DNA of 64,000 bases from an uncultured Acidobacteriota bacterium. GTDB taxonomy: Bacteria > Acidobacteriota > Terriglobia > UBA7540. The translations under genes were made by a program, and so were the position numbers. The stretch is from NCBI GenBank assembly GCA_963804995.1, contig CAWDSK010000006.1, positions 800,001 through 864,000 of the forward strand, written 5' to 3'. Shown piece by piece: positions 23,262-34,341 of this stretch; position 1 is the stretch's first letter; every line of letters begins with the position of its first letter. The notes below the pieces were generated by a model, which was given only the letters and a program-made list of their open reading frames with translations, did not search any database and had not been told where the DNA came from.

Positions 23262-23606
23262 TCAGATGAGAGACGCCTGTCGCTCTTTGCAGTCTTTACA
23301 ATGCCTGGCCCAGGGCACCGCTTCTAAGCGCGCCTTGCTAATCGGCTGCCTGCCTTCTTCGCATATTCCAAATTCCTCGTGCCGAATCCGGGTTAAGGCA
23401 TCCTCAATGGTCCGCAAGAGCTTGCTGTCTGTTTGATGCAACCGAATTTGTGTGACGGCGTCGGTTTCACCAGAGGACTTGTCGACGGGGTCTCCGCGAC
23501 GTTCGCCGGAGGTGAGAATCGAATCCACCATTCTCTTGCCGGTGGAGAGTTCTTGGCGCTTGGAAAAGAGGAGATTCTTATAGCGAACCAGGTCACTCTT
23601 GTTCAT
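23262..23606 (-). CDS. TraR/DksA-family zinc-finger protein
   Basis: GDPVD coiled-coil tip; FGICEEG...RLEAVPWARHCKDC. Confidence 0.88.
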   Translation of the reverse strand: MNKSDLVRYKNLLFSKRQELSTGKRMVDSILTSGERRGDPVDKSSGETDAVTQIRLHQTDSKLLRTIEDALTRIRHEEFGICEEGRQPISKARLEAVPWARHCKDCKERQASLI

Positions 23607-23879
23607 GACAACCGCCCTGTACCCCACGATTGCTGTGAATGCATGGTACCAGTTATCAGATGATTCAGCCAGAGATGTGCTGGGGCAGCGAGGTTTGCCT
23701 TGTCCAAAGCAAAATTGTTGTAACCCGACCGCCGCACATTTTCCAGCCGGTTCACCTGCCCTCTGCGCACGGAATCTATATGAAACTATTCCAGCAGACT
23801 ATGCCTGCGCCATCAAGGGAAGAACCCACGGTAAGCAAACCACTGACCGTGGCTCCCCGCTCACTCAGGCAAGCGGGCT

Positions 23880-24704
23880 CTATTTGTCCGCCAAATTCCC
23901 CAGTTGGCGCCGCATTGACGCGATCATCTCTTCGGTCTTAGCGATGAAGCCTTGCAAGGAAGCCCGGCCCAGCAGTAAGTGCACGAATTCCTTGTCGGGA
24001 TCAGTGTGGGCACAGGAATTCCGAACGCGATCCGCCTTATCGAAAAGAGAGTCGATCTCGTTTGAGCCGTCGGCGATCAGTCTGCGCTTCCGCAGTATCG
24101 TGCCCTTATCGATGAACATCGTGCATCCCAAGAGTTGATAGATCGGTAACCTTTCGGGATCAGGCTCTCGTGAGTACCTATTGTTGTATGCGAACATCGC
24201 TTTTCTCTTCCGCCCCTCGGACAGAACAGACCAGGAAGCCGCCGGGTCCTTAAGAGCGAGATCGAGCGCTGTTGTCTCAAGCTCAAGCGTGAGCGCGAAC
24301 AGGCACAGTTTGAACTGTGGCCCGAGGAGGTCTTCGTAATGAATCGTACCCGTGATCTGAGACTCTTGTAGTACGAAATAGAAGCCGCGTGATTCTTTCG
24401 AGAACAATTTGGCGACCTCAAGTACGGGCGTATCCGCACTCACCAAACCGTCAGCCAGGATCGGTTCTGCGACGCTGGCAACGTCCTTGAGGCTAGTGTC
24501 AAGGCTTTCAAACCCGATGTAGCCCACGGGACGGTCTCCAGCCAAGACTAACGAAAGTCTGGACAATGGATCATAACCGTCCGCCTCAGTCATTAGCAGC
24601 TCCCACGCGTCTTCAATTGATTGATTCGCTTGAACTGCCGGGCCCAAAGCGCATTGGATGTGCTTCGCGTGTATTGAGCCCGCCATGTGGCGAAGGATTG
24701 ACAT
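23880..24704 (-). CDS. Hypothetical protein with CBS-like N-terminal region
   Basis: VSADTPVLEVA...ITGTIHYEDL CBS-like pattern; C-terminal RNSCAH. Confidence 0.6.
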   Translation of the reverse strand: MSILRHMAGSIHAKHIQCALGPAVQANQSIEDAWELLMTEADGYDPLSRLSLVLAGDRPVGYIGFESLDTSLKDVASVAEPILADGLVSADTPVLEVAKLFSKESRGFYFVLQESQITGTIHYEDLLGPQFKLCLFALTLELETTALDLALKDPAASWSVLSEGRKRKAMFAYNNRYSREPDPERLPIYQLLGCTMFIDKGTILRKRRLIADGSNEIDSLFDKADRVRNSCAHTDPDKEFVHLLLGRASLQGFIAKTEEMIASMRRQLGNLADK

Positions 24705-25114
24705 GCTTACTCAAATTAAACAGGATTTCTGTTTTTGGCCAACCCTTAGCATACACCCCATGCTCGCGGCATCCAATGCTCCTGCCTGATGTTTGTCATG
24801 CTGCGGATATTGAGACCGAATAAAATATCAGGGGCCACGGTCAGCGCGGTTCTGACCGTGAGCTTTTCTCATGCCCGATACCCCAGCGGCAACCGCACGT
24901 TGTCAAACTGAATGGGGCACGTCGATGGTCAGCGCGTATTCAGAATCGATGCATTCCCTGATCCTCGCTCCAAGCGACCCCCTACGGTAGAGGAGTTTTA
25001 GCCCGGCAAGTGGAGTTGAGTGTACACGGGCCGATATCCGCGACGCGAATCAGGTTCTTCGGGAGTGGCGTTGTCTGGAGTGAAGCGAGGGATTGCAAGG
25101 GGCAAAGCGAGATC

Positions 25115-25330
25115 CTACCGTCGGATAAGATCCCTCTCGTAGCGAATGCGCATCCACTCCAAGTCGACCCTGGGATCTGCTTTCTCTGCACTTTGGAGGG
25201 CTTCAGCTTTGTCAGCAGCGGTCCCTTGCCAGACAATCCATTCGTGGGCTCCCGGCCGGTCTTGAGCAGCAGGGCCGGAAACGGCTTCGATGTTACCGCT
25301 GACCAGCGCAATGACTTTCCAGTGGGTCAT
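25115..25330 (-). CDS. Small hypothetical protein
   Basis: 71-aa ORF with upstream AAAGGA RBS-like sequence. Confidence 0.45.
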   Translation of the reverse strand: MTHWKVIALVSGNIEAVSGPAAQDRPGAHEWIVWQGTAADKAEALQSAEKADPRVDLEWMRIRYERDLIRR

Positions 25331-25409
25331 GGTTGCCGATGTTCCTTTCGAGGTATTTTACCAGAGTCGAAACGAGATGCTGCCAGTCCAGAATAGGACA
25401 TTGACGGGA

Positions 25410-25835
25410 ATGGTCATTGAGCCGAAGCCCGGGACATATGCGCTGATCCTTTCGTGTGCGAGCAATGCCCGTATTCAGATCGGGCGCCTGGGAACGATGC
25501 AGCTTCAGCGCGGGTATTACGTCTATCTGGGGAGCGCGTTGGGGCCTGGTGGCCTGCGTGCCCGGATCGCCCACCATCAGAAGCTGTCCACACGACCACA
25601 CTGGCACATCGACTATTTGAGAGCGCACACCCGGTTACATTCCGTGTGGCTCAATTACGATGGGAAGCGACACGAGCACGAGTGGGCACACGCGATGGAG
25701 AAGGTGAAGGACGCAACGATCCCTTTCCCGCGGTTTGGAGCCTCGGATTGCGTTTGCCCCTCACACCTTTACTTCTTAAACCGTTGTCCTACGCGGTTAC
25801 GGGCGTTAAGCTGGGCTATGCGGCCGGAGCCGTAG
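25410..25835 (+). CDS. GIY-YIG (DUF123 / Uri superfamily) nuclease
   Basis: GTYALIL, GYYVYLGSA, HWHIDYL and FGASDCVCPSHL motifs. Confidence 0.85.
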   Translation: MVIEPKPGTYALILSCASNARIQIGRLGTMQLQRGYYVYLGSALGPGGLRARIAHHQKLSTRPHWHIDYLRAHTRLHSVWLNYDGKRHEHEWAHAMEKVKDATIPFPRFGASDCVCPSHLYFLNRCPTRLRALSWAMRPEP

Positions 25836-26220
25836 CTGGTAGCTCCCCGGCTTTTGTCTGAGCCTCCACGGTGTAAACCACAACCGCCTTTTTCCCACGC
25901 TTCACTGCGGTCGCATGGATTGAACTCAGATTGACACCTTTTGCTGCGAGCTTCTCCAAGTGCTGCGCCAGCGCACCGGGCTTGTTCGCCAGTTCGTGTT
26001 GCTCCGCCCCAGTTTCCTCGTATACAAGCTTGGCTTCGTTGAGGACCTTCTTTGCTCGCTTGGCGTCTTCGACCACAAGGTGGACTGTACCGGCTGCCCC
26101 CTGGGCCGTTCCTAAGAGCCCCAGGATATTTACCTTCGCACTCCCCAGCGCTTTCGCGATCGCCGCGACTGCGCCGGGCTGATTCTGAACAGTGATTGTC
26201 AACACTTTGGTCTTGGCCAT
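25816..26220 (-). CDS. ACT-domain protein (two ACT repeats)
   Basis: NQPGAVA...VNI and NKPGALA...GVNL; RBS GGAGG. Confidence 0.85.
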   Translation of the reverse strand: MAKTKVLTITVQNQPGAVAAIAKALGSAKVNILGLLGTAQGAAGTVHLVVEDAKRAKKVLNEAKLVYEETGAEQHELANKPGALAQHLEKLAAKGVNLSSIHATAVKRGKKAVVVYTVEAQTKAGELPATAPAA

Positions 26221-26597
26221 CTCGTCGCCTCCCAGTGGTTATGCCGACAGATTATACGCCTTAGAATTCAAACCGGCGCGCTGGAGTCGTCCGGTCGGAG
26301 CATAGGTTACGAGTTGAGCGGCAGGCTGAATCGTGCAAGACCGCAAGGGGAACGGGGCGAAATTGGGGTTGTGAAATGACGAAACTCGGGTGCTGTCGAC
26401 CCTTTCTATCCTGATTTCCAACGCAGAAGACAATAAGTCCTTTTTAGGCTTACCTCCAAACATGCATAAATGCAGATTCTGGACACGGCCGAATGTTCAC
26501 GTCTAAACTTCAAATATAAAGGTAAGCTGACACCTTGCGGCTGTGACCTAGGTCGTTTACACTCACGAACCAGAAGGGGACGCGAGACGCACAGAAC

Positions 26598-28238
26598 GTG
26601 TCTATGATTTCCCGGCCAAGCCATTGCTGTTGGTGCCTTGTGGGGTTCGTCCTGGTAATTTCTCTGCTAGGTCTCGCGCCATACAGGGTTCTGGTATCTC
26701 AAGATCGAGACCAGGCTGACCTGCCACCGGGAACGAGATATGTTCCGCAGGATTCTGGGTCTCATAAAACCGAGGCCGATCTCCATCTGGAACAAGCGGT
26801 ACAAGCGATTAAGGCCCACGCTCTGGTCCAAGGTGAGGCCGAGCTTCGTTTGGCCATTCAGGCAGACCCGAATTTGGCGGAAGCCTACCTGATGCTAGCT
26901 GAACTCGAGCTTCAGAAGGGCAAGCCTGATGCAGCCATCAAGGACTTCCAGCAGGGCCTCAAACTGAACCCGCGCTCCTTCCACGGTCACTACAATCTTG
27001 CTCTTGCTTATCTTCAACAAGGGAACCAGGGCGAAGGACTGCGCGAACTGGAGCAAGCTGCCCAACTAAATCCTAGGAACGCCGATGTGGCATACAATCT
27101 GGGCGTGCTGTTGCTCGGGATGGGGAAACCGCAAGATGCTCTTCGCCGCCTGCGGCAGGCGGAGGCGGCGGAGCCCGGCCGGCCCGACGTGGCGTTTAAT
27201 ATCGTGCGCGGCTTGTTCGCGTTGGGGCGAACCCAGGAAGCGCGGGAGCAGGTTGCTCGGGACTCAAAGCGTTTGGGTGGAGACGCCCGATGGAATGCTT
27301 CCGTGGGGAGCCTTCTCCTGGAAAGCGGCAACTCTGAGGAGGCCATTCGCTATCTTCGGAGATCGATGGACCTGGATCCCAACAACCTTGCGACCTGTGA
27401 ACAACTGGGTACAGCATACTTGGGCGCTGGTCAGCCAGAGGAAGCGCTGAATGCACTTGCCAACGCCAACTCTGGCCAGGCTCACTTCCTGAGGGCGACC
27501 GCATTTGCAAAACTGCGCCGCCTACCCTTGGCCGCGGACGAGGCGACGCAGGCAATGAATGAGGAACCTGGTAACCCACGCTATCTGATTTTGGCGGCGC
27601 GGATCGCTCAGTATGAACGTCCACAAGGCCGCGCCTTGGAGTTGATCCGCAAAGCACTCGAGGTCGCGCCGGATTGGTCCGAAGCCTATTACAGTCAGGC
27701 AGTGAGTTACTACATCGAGAGACGCTATGCCGACGCCGAACGCAGCCTTGACCGGGCTCTCAAGCTGGACCCTCGTTCCGCGCGTGCCCTTTTTCTTTAT
27801 GGAGTCATCCAGGTCAATGTGGGCAACAGCCGGAAGGCAGAAGAGTATCTAGCGCGCGCCATTGCTCTTCAGCCGGCCAATGCCACTTTTCACTTTCATC
27901 TTGGAACCGCATATTTGAGAGAAAATCAGATTAGCGAAGCACAGCAGGCATTTGAAAAAGCCATCCAACTCCGACCCGGTTACGCCCTGCCGCATTACCA
28001 TATGGCGAAACTGCTCATTAAGCAGGGCAGGAAGGAAGTCGCCGAGCAGGAGCTTCAGAAAGCGATCGATTGCCAGCCTGATCTGGCTCCAGCCTACTAC
28101 CAGCTATCCCGGCTCCTTGGTGAAACAGGGCAGAAGGAAAAAGCCGCCGAGGCACTCGCGACTTTCCACAAGCTGAAGAAGGAATTTAACGACGAAGACC
28201 TTCTGATCCTCGAAGACGCTACTGGGGCGCTCCGGTAG
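26598..28238 (+). CDS. Tetratricopeptide-repeat protein with signal peptide
   Basis: Many TPR motifs (YNLALAY, YNLGVLL, FHLGTAY); hydrophobic N-terminus. Confidence 0.9.
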   Translation: MSMISRPSHCCWCLVGFVLVISLLGLAPYRVLVSQDRDQADLPPGTRYVPQDSGSHKTEADLHLEQAVQAIKAHALVQGEAELRLAIQADPNLAEAYLMLAELELQKGKPDAAIKDFQQGLKLNPRSFHGHYNLALAYLQQGNQGEGLRELEQAAQLNPRNADVAYNLGVLLLGMGKPQDALRRLRQAEAAEPGRPDVAFNIVRGLFALGRTQEAREQVARDSKRLGGDARWNASVGSLLLESGNSEEAIRYLRRSMDLDPNNLATCEQLGTAYLGAGQPEEALNALANANSGQAHFLRATAFAKLRRLPLAADEATQAMNEEPGNPRYLILAARIAQYERPQGRALELIRKALEVAPDWSEAYYSQAVSYYIERRYADAERSLDRALKLDPRSARALFLYGVIQVNVGNSRKAEEYLARAIALQPANATFHFHLGTAYLRENQISEAQQAFEKAIQLRPGYALPHYHMAKLLIKQGRKEVAEQELQKAIDCQPDLAPAYYQLSRLLGETGQKEKAAEALATFHKLKKEFNDEDLLILEDATGALR

Positions 28239-28496
28239 GCGCCAACGACGACGAACCCCGGCGAGGCCTTCTTGGGTCCAGCTCGAGGTCTATTTTGATG
28301 AGGAGAAGGAGTCGGCCAGCGTTTATTTTGGTTAGCTTCGCCAGGTCGGTTCTGTAGGACAAGTTATTGTATGGAGGGAGTTGCTGAACGACTTTTCTTG
28401 TTGACACTGGAATCAGGCGGGCTCAAGATTACGCCAGCAAAAAGAAATCGCGCGATTGCTTCCCGCTCTAGTGAAGCCTCTATCGAAAGGAGCCCT

Positions 28497-29828
28497 ATGA
28501 AAAAATTCACTCTTACTCGGCGAGAGTTTCTCGAAAAGTCATCGGCGGGCCTCGCAGCGGCAAGCCTTGCTCCACGTGCGCCTGCGGTTTCGGGAAATCC
28601 CAACGCTCTGGCCCTTCACGGGGGTACCCCAGTTCGAACCAAGCCTTTTACCGAGTGGCCTCAGACGTTCGAGCTGGACGAAGCGAACATTCTCAAGTCC
28701 CTGCGCAGCCATCGTTGGTGCACCTACGACAAGGGGAATTTTATTCCAGAGTTTGAAAAGGCGTGGGCAAAAGAGTTGGGCGTGGGTGGCTGTGTAACGA
28801 CTCCTTGCGGCACGCATGCTCTTCATACGGCGCTAGAATTAGTAGGCGTTAGCCCTGGCGATGAGGTTCTGGTAGCCCCCTATACCTACATCGCCACGAT
28901 TGACGCCATCCTCCTTAATTTTGCGCTGCCGGTGTTTGTGGATACCGACCTGAAGACTTTTACTATGGATCCTGACGACATCGAACACCGCATCACTCCG
29001 GACACGCGGGCGATTTTGCCTGTCCACATGCTAAGCAACGCGGCGCATATGGACAAGATTCTGGCTATCGCCAAGAAGCACAATCTTCCGGTGGTTGAGG
29101 ACGCCTGCCAGGCGCACACGACCACATGGCAGGGCAAGCGGCTGGGCACGCTGGGAACGGCCGGCTGTTTCAGCTTCCAGGAGAGCAAGGTCCTGCCCGG
29201 CGGCGAGTTGGGCGCGTTGGTGAGCAACGATCCGGACCTGATCCAGAGGGCATACATCTGGCGTAACTTTGGGTTCGAGCAGAAGGGGCGTATCGTGATT
29301 CGCGGAGCAAAGTATCGTACTTCCGACTTCGCTCCCGCCATCGCGATGGCTCAGATTACTCGGTATCAGAAGGTCCATGCCGTGCAGGAGCAGAATGCTG
29401 ATTATCTCAAGGAGCAATTAAAAAAGATTCCAGGGATTTATCCGCAGGAGCAATACCCGGAGACTGCACACCAGACCTATTACCACTTTGGCATGCGCTA
29501 CGACGCCGCACATTACAATGGCGTGCCCCGCGACCAGGTGCTTAAAGCGCTGAACGCGGAAGGAATCCCGATCGAGGGCGCTTATGGACCCGCGCTCAAT
29601 CGCGAACCGTACCTGGAACATACCCTCAATTCCCGCGGGTATCAGCGACTCTACTCCAAGGAGCGCCTAGCCCGGTACCGCGAACAGAACCATTGCCCGC
29701 ACAACGATGAGCTTACGGCCACGGCCATGGAGTTCGGCCATCATATGCTGATGGGGCCGAAAGCCGACATGGACGACATCGCGGCGGCGTTCCATAAAGT
29801 GCTCAGCAACGCTGCGGCTTTGTCGTAG
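28497..29828 (+). CDS. DegT-family PLP aminotransferase with Tat signal (paralog of 19472-20815)
   Basis: TRREFL; long stretches identical to copy 1; RBS AAGGAG. Confidence 0.92.
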   Translation: MKKFTLTRREFLEKSSAGLAAASLAPRAPAVSGNPNALALHGGTPVRTKPFTEWPQTFELDEANILKSLRSHRWCTYDKGNFIPEFEKAWAKELGVGGCVTTPCGTHALHTALELVGVSPGDEVLVAPYTYIATIDAILLNFALPVFVDTDLKTFTMDPDDIEHRITPDTRAILPVHMLSNAAHMDKILAIAKKHNLPVVEDACQAHTTTWQGKRLGTLGTAGCFSFQESKVLPGGELGALVSNDPDLIQRAYIWRNFGFEQKGRIVIRGAKYRTSDFAPAIAMAQITRYQKVHAVQEQNADYLKEQLKKIPGIYPQEQYPETAHQTYYHFGMRYDAAHYNGVPRDQVLKALNAEGIPIEGAYGPALNREPYLEHTLNSRGYQRLYSKERLARYREQNHCPHNDELTATAMEFGHHMLMGPKADMDDIAAAFHKVLSNAAALS

Positions 29829-29877
29829 TGGCAGAACTGCCCGGCGGTTGCCTGCTTGGGCGCGAACAATTCCGCTC

Positions 29878-29985
29878 CCAGGATGGCGTGGAGCCCTATT
29901 CTTGGCGATCTGTGATCTCCCAGGGATCTCTTGGAACCTTTCGTGAATTGCAGACCTCCAAGTACACGGGTGTGCGCCATCCTGG
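29878..29985. repeat. ~105-bp palindromic intergenic repeat, homolog of the group II intron target
   Basis: CCAGGATGGCG...GCAGACCTCCAAGTACACGGGTGTGCGCCATCCTGG; homologous to 34342-34434 plus 32422-32428. Confidence 0.7.
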
Positions 29986-29996
29986 AAGAGAGTGCA

Positions 29997-30620
29997 TCAG
30001 GTGTGATGCTCGGGGTGAGTACAGCCGGGAAAGTCGCTGAGATAAGTGAGGCCTTGATATTCCAGAACGTCAATGAGTCCTACACGCGACGCATAGAAAC
30101 CCTCGACCGTCATTTGCTTGACGAGACGATAAAAGTCAAAGCCGGGATGGCTGGCCTTCGGGTCGTGCTCGGGACGGCTCATTTCTGTCAGCAGGCGTTC
30201 CTGGTCAGCTGCGGAAACTTCCCGGAAAGCGCGATGGTATTTTTCCTGGCTCAGTTGATCCAGCAAGGCTAAGCCGTGGGTCCAACTCCTTTGTAATTCG
30301 GGCTCGTTTTCTGACGCCGCGAACACTACGAAATCGATATAGTTTGCGACTTGAGCCTCTTTGGCCCCGGGTTTGTCGTCAGTCGGGATAATCAATTCGG
30401 TAAGAAGTTCCACAGTGTAAAACTCTTCCGGCTTGAAGTACTGAGGTACGTAAGGCGGCGCGGGTGCCTGCGGCGGCGCGTGGTGCATGCCAGGCATGGC
30501 CGGATTGGAGGCAGCCTTCGCCGAAGGCAACCAACCCGCCAGAAATTCCTGGCCCGCTGCGCTGCCGGTGAGAAGACTCAGGTATTTGAGCGCGGCGCGC
30601 CGAGCGATGATTTGTTCCAT
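29997..30620 (-). CDS. Gluconate 2-dehydrogenase subunit 3 family protein (Tat signal)
   Basis: RRAALK; LIIPTDDKPGAKEA and TVEGFYAS motifs. Confidence 0.88.
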   Translation of the reverse strand: MEQIIARRAALKYLSLLTGSAAGQEFLAGWLPSAKAASNPAMPGMHHAPPQAPAPPYVPQYFKPEEFYTVELLTELIIPTDDKPGAKEAQVANYIDFVVFAASENEPELQRSWTHGLALLDQLSQEKYHRAFREVSAADQERLLTEMSRPEHDPKASHPGFDFYRLVKQMTVEGFYASRVGLIDVLEYQGLTYLSDFPGCTHPEHHT

Positions 30621-30686
30621 GATTTCACCCCGAAGCTAGTGATCGGCGATAACCACGTGCTGCCTGGCCGCCGCTACGAGCAATAG

Positions 30687-32386
30687 CTAAACGTTTCCGA
30701 GCCGAAACTCCTCTGCCAAGTGGGCACAAGCCCGATACGATATGCCCATAATCGTGCCTGTGATCGACTTTTCCGGGTGAGTCACAAAGCACGATGCGTC
30801 TACCACCAGCAGGTTCTGCACGTCATGGCAGCGATTCCATTTGTTGAGCACCGAGGTGTGCGGATCATCCCCCATGCGGCAGCCCCCCGCCTCGTGCGTA
30901 ATGGCACCTAAAGGGTAGGGAGTAACCTTTTTGTAGGGAAAGATCTCAGCTCCCGCAGCCCGAAGGAGCTCCTCACAGTGGCCATAGATCTCATCCAGCA
31001 TCGCGAACGCGTGGTCGTATTCGGAGTTAGTGTGAAACCGTACCTGGGGAATCCCCAGTCGGTCCGTGCGCCCATCCGGATCAATCTCCACATAGTTTGA
31101 ATAGAATGCCAAGCCTTCGCCCTGACCCGTCAGGGATACCGAGGCCGGATAGAGCTCTTTGATCTTTGCCTTGTAAGGGGCGCCGAAACCCGGCAGCGCT
31201 ACGCCCGGCCCGGGTCCGTCTCCGCAACCAGTGTGGGGATCAAGCTGAAAACCGCGTAGGTATTTCTTCTTATCCGTATGCCCAAAATTGTAGCGAGGAA
31301 TCAAGGTGGATGATTCACCGGGCCCGTCGTCGTTGGTGCTGGGGCGCCCTGCAAGCTGCGGGAAAAATCCGTAGACGACAGGGTTGGACACGTTATCCAA
31401 CAGGTAGTGGCCCAGCGTGCCGCTGGAATTAGCCAGGCCCGTTGGGGATTCGCGGTTCCTGGAATTGAATAGGATTCGGATGGATTCGACCATCGAGGCT
31501 GCGAGCACGACGGCTTTCGAATGGGCCTCGTACTCCTGCTTGTTCCGCGTGTCGATAAAGGTTACGCCCCGCGCCTTTCCGGTGTTGCCATCCACCGGAA
31601 CCCTGTGCACCGCAGCATTGGTGCGCTAGGTGAAATTGTGCAATTCCGTAACTTTGGGGATCAGGACTTCGCCGAGCAGTATCGCGAACGTGTATCACAG
31701 CCAAAACTACAGGCGCCGCAGTAATGACACGCCGGGCGTCCGTCGTAGGGTTGACTCAGCACAGCAAGTGACTTCGCGGCAACTTTAATGCCGAGCTTTT
31801 CAGCGCCCTTCTTGAGGAGCAGTTCGCCGCAGCGCGGTCGAAAGGGTGGCAAAAGGCCTTTGCCCTTGGGGCTGTTCATGATTTCATGGTCTTCGCTGCC
31901 GGACACTCCGATCAGCCTTTCGACTTGATCGTAATACGGCTCCATGTCCTCATAGCTGATCGGCCAATCTTCACCCCACCCGTCCTGCATGCTCTTGGCC
32001 TTGAAGTCCAGCGGGCCATAGCGGAGTACCTCCCGTCCCCACAAGTTAGTCCTGCCGCCCACGGCCCGCAACCGTGTCCAGGTGAACTTGGCGCCGGGAG
32101 CGAGCGCGTAAGGATCTTCCTCCGGGATCGTATAGAGGTGGTCGGTCCATTCTTTGATTTTCCACTCCATGCCCAAAGGAACCTTGCCGTATTGCCCCGG
32201 CTTTCCATTGCCCCGGTATGGCCACTCGAATGAAAACTTGTGCGTGTAGAAGTCCTTGGCAGGATCCAGCATGCGGCCAGCTTCAAGGCACAGAACGTTA
32301 AGTCCCTTTGTCGCCAGGACGTAGGCCGCGATCCCTCCTGCGGCGCCAGATCCCACCACGATCGCATCGTAAACTGGTTCTGCCAT
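30687..32386 (-). pseudogene. GMC-family oxidoreductase (glycoside 3-dehydrogenase-like); frameshift at ~31672 and in-frame TAG at ~31627
   Basis: VGSGAAGG, VGGRTNLWG, CHYCGACSFGC and HEAGGCRMG motifs. Confidence 0.88.
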
Positions 32387-32428
32387 CGGAATCTCCTGTA
32401 CTTCCTGGCGAGCCGACGCACGATGGCG

Positions 32429-34341
32429 GTTGCGGTAGGGATACCGGTTACCCGGTACCCCCCGCACGGATCCGTACGTGCGCTGGTTAGCGCATACGGC
32501 TCTTATCTCGGATGTGTGGCGGCGAACCGTTGGGATGGCCAAGGATGCACAACGTGCGGAGCAGGCAACCAGCAGGCCGCAAGCTTCCCCAGTCGGTCCC
32601 AGTTGAGGCGGTGGCGTTGACTGCGTTGACGCAGTTGCGTTCGCCACAGTCGGGTCAACCGTTCCCGAAAGATTCGCAGGCGGTCGAGGTTTCCCGGTAC
32701 CGCGTGATAGTTGAAGTAGCCTTGCACGACCGACCGGAGCCATTTACCCGTATCCGCGATGGGATCGTGCCGACGCTGCCGGAGTTGTTGCTTGAGTTCC
32801 TGCAACTTCCCCCGCAGGCGCTTGCTGATCGTCTTCCGCTTCACGGTAAATTGCCCCCTCCGGTTCTTCCCGCTGATATGCGTGAAGCCCAGAAAGTCGA
32901 ACGTCTCCGGCTTACCTTCTCCTCTCCGTTTCCGGTAAAGTTCGGCAAACGGCCCGAACTCGATCCGGCGCGTTTTGTCAGGATGCAGTTCCAATCCAAA
33001 CTTCCCCACCCGCTCCCGGAAATCCTCCAGAAAGCGGTCGGCTTCCGTCTGCGATTGGAATCCAAGGACCGTATCGTCGGCATACCGCACCACGACCACG
33101 TCTCCCCGGGCGTGCTTCTTGCGCCACGCCTGCACCCACAGGTCAAAGACGTAGTGCAGATAGATATTCGCCAGCAGGGGCGAGACCACCGCCCCTTGTG
33201 GCGTACCCATCTCCGTCTCCGACCATTCGCCTTCCTCCCTCACCCCGGCTTTCAGCCATTTCTGGATGAGCCGGAGAATCCGGGGGTCGGCGACGCGATG
33301 CTGCACGAACTTGAGCATCCATTCGTGGGATATCGAATCGAAAAATCCACGAATGTCCGCGTCAAGAACGTAGTTCACGTGCTTCACCGTGAGCGCGTAC
33401 GAGAGCGCGTCCAGCGCTTGATGCTGGCTGCGTCCCGGTCGAAAGCCATACGAGAAGCCCAGAAAGTCTTCCTCGTAAATCGCCTTGAGGATGGTGACCA
33501 CGGCCTGTTGGACGATCTTGTCCTCCAGTGCCGCAACCCCCAACGGACGTTGCCGCCCGTCGCCTTTCGGGATATACGCCCTTCGCGAGGGCTTCGCTCG
33601 GAATGCTCCACGGTGGACCCGGCTGTGCAGATCGACGAGTCGACCTTCCAGCCCGCTTTCATACTCCTGCCACGTCATGCCGTCTACTCCCGGTGCAGCT
33701 TTTCGCTTCAAGGCGTAAAAGCTTTCCCGCAGCAGATCGACCGTTAAGTGGTGGAGCAAGGCCGTGAACTTCATCTCCCTGTGTTCCTTCGCGGCTTTCC
33801 GCACACCCGCGAGTCCCTGGGACACGCGTGCCCCGCTCTGTGTCGGGTGCGTGTTAGGCCAACGGGTGTTCTCCTTGATCAGCGGCCTTCCCTCCTCATT
33901 CTCCGCCAACGGCTTCCCGTCTTTGTTCAAATGATTCATCGGTACTGTTCCGCTGTCCGACTCCTCGAGAGCGTGCAGGCGGGCTGTACGGCCATCGCCT
34001 TTTCCCGCCGTCCGGCCACGATCTACGGCGGCCGGCGCCTCCGAGGTCTCCCGGTTCTCGTGCAGAAAGTGTCTAGGCGTGTCTGGGGTCTACGACTACG
34101 CAGGACTGTGCCGGAACTCGCGTTGGCGTCCCGGCCTCATGTTGCCTTCCGTTTAGTCTGAAAACGTCGGCGTCCTGATTGGACATTTTCGAAGCTCAAT
34201 ACCCAGCCCACCTATTCCCCTGTTTACGCTTCACCGTGCGCCTCACGACGCCCAGCGCAAAACTCGGGGCCGAGTGGATCGCTACTCCTTCCTCGTGAGA
34301 AATTTTCATTCTCTGCTTTCTGCCGGTTTATCCCGGCGCAC
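32429..34341 (-). mobile_element. Group II intron (bacterial class D/E-like, no endonuclease domain), 1913 nt
   Basis: 5' GTGCGCCGGGATAAACCGGC; domain V GAGCCGTATGCG...CGCACGTACGGATC; domain VI ending CTACCGCAAC; EBS1 loop at 34155-34160. Confidence 0.92.
32503..33939 (-). CDS. ltrA: Group II intron reverse transcriptase/maturase
   Basis: APGVDG, RPLG, SYGFRPGRS, GTPQG, RYADD and FDFLGF motifs. Confidence 0.96.
   Translation of the reverse strand: MNHLNKDGKPLAENEEGRPLIKENTRWPNTHPTQSGARVSQGLAGVRKAAKEHREMKFTALLHHLTVDLLRESFYALKRKAAPGVDGMTWQEYESGLEGRLVDLHSRVHRGAFRAKPSRRAYIPKGDGRQRPLGVAALEDKIVQQAVVTILKAIYEEDFLGFSYGFRPGRSQHQALDALSYALTVKHVNYVLDADIRGFFDSISHEWMLKFVQHRVADPRILRLIQKWLKAGVREEGEWSETEMGTPQGAVVSPLLANIYLHYVFDLWVQAWRKKHARGDVVVVRYADDTVLGFQSQTEADRFLEDFRERVGKFGLELHPDKTRRIEFGPFAELYRKRRGEGKPETFDFLGFTHISGKNRRGQFTVKRKTISKRLRGKLQELKQQLRQRRHDPIADTGKWLRSVVQGYFNYHAVPGNLDRLRIFRERLTRLWRTQLRQRSQRHRLNWDRLGKLAACWLPAPHVVHPWPSQRFAATHPR

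Noticed and set aside
31620..31635. In-frame TAG in the GMC gene as pyrrolysine or readthrough
   Set aside because: It is adjacent to a frameshift at a non-catalytic position and no pyl genes are present, so a simple nonsense mutation is more likely.
32512..33747. 411-aa plus-strand ORF and other long antisense ORFs (e.g. 8196-9299, 58460-59548)
   Set aside because: These are shadow ORFs opposite well-supported genes in high-GC DNA and contain no motifs.
32503..33939. Retron, DGR or defence-type reverse transcriptase
   Set aside because: Intron domains V/VI, a GTGCG 5' end and EBS/IBS pairing identify an ordinary group II intron IEP; no TR/VR pair or msr-msd was seen.
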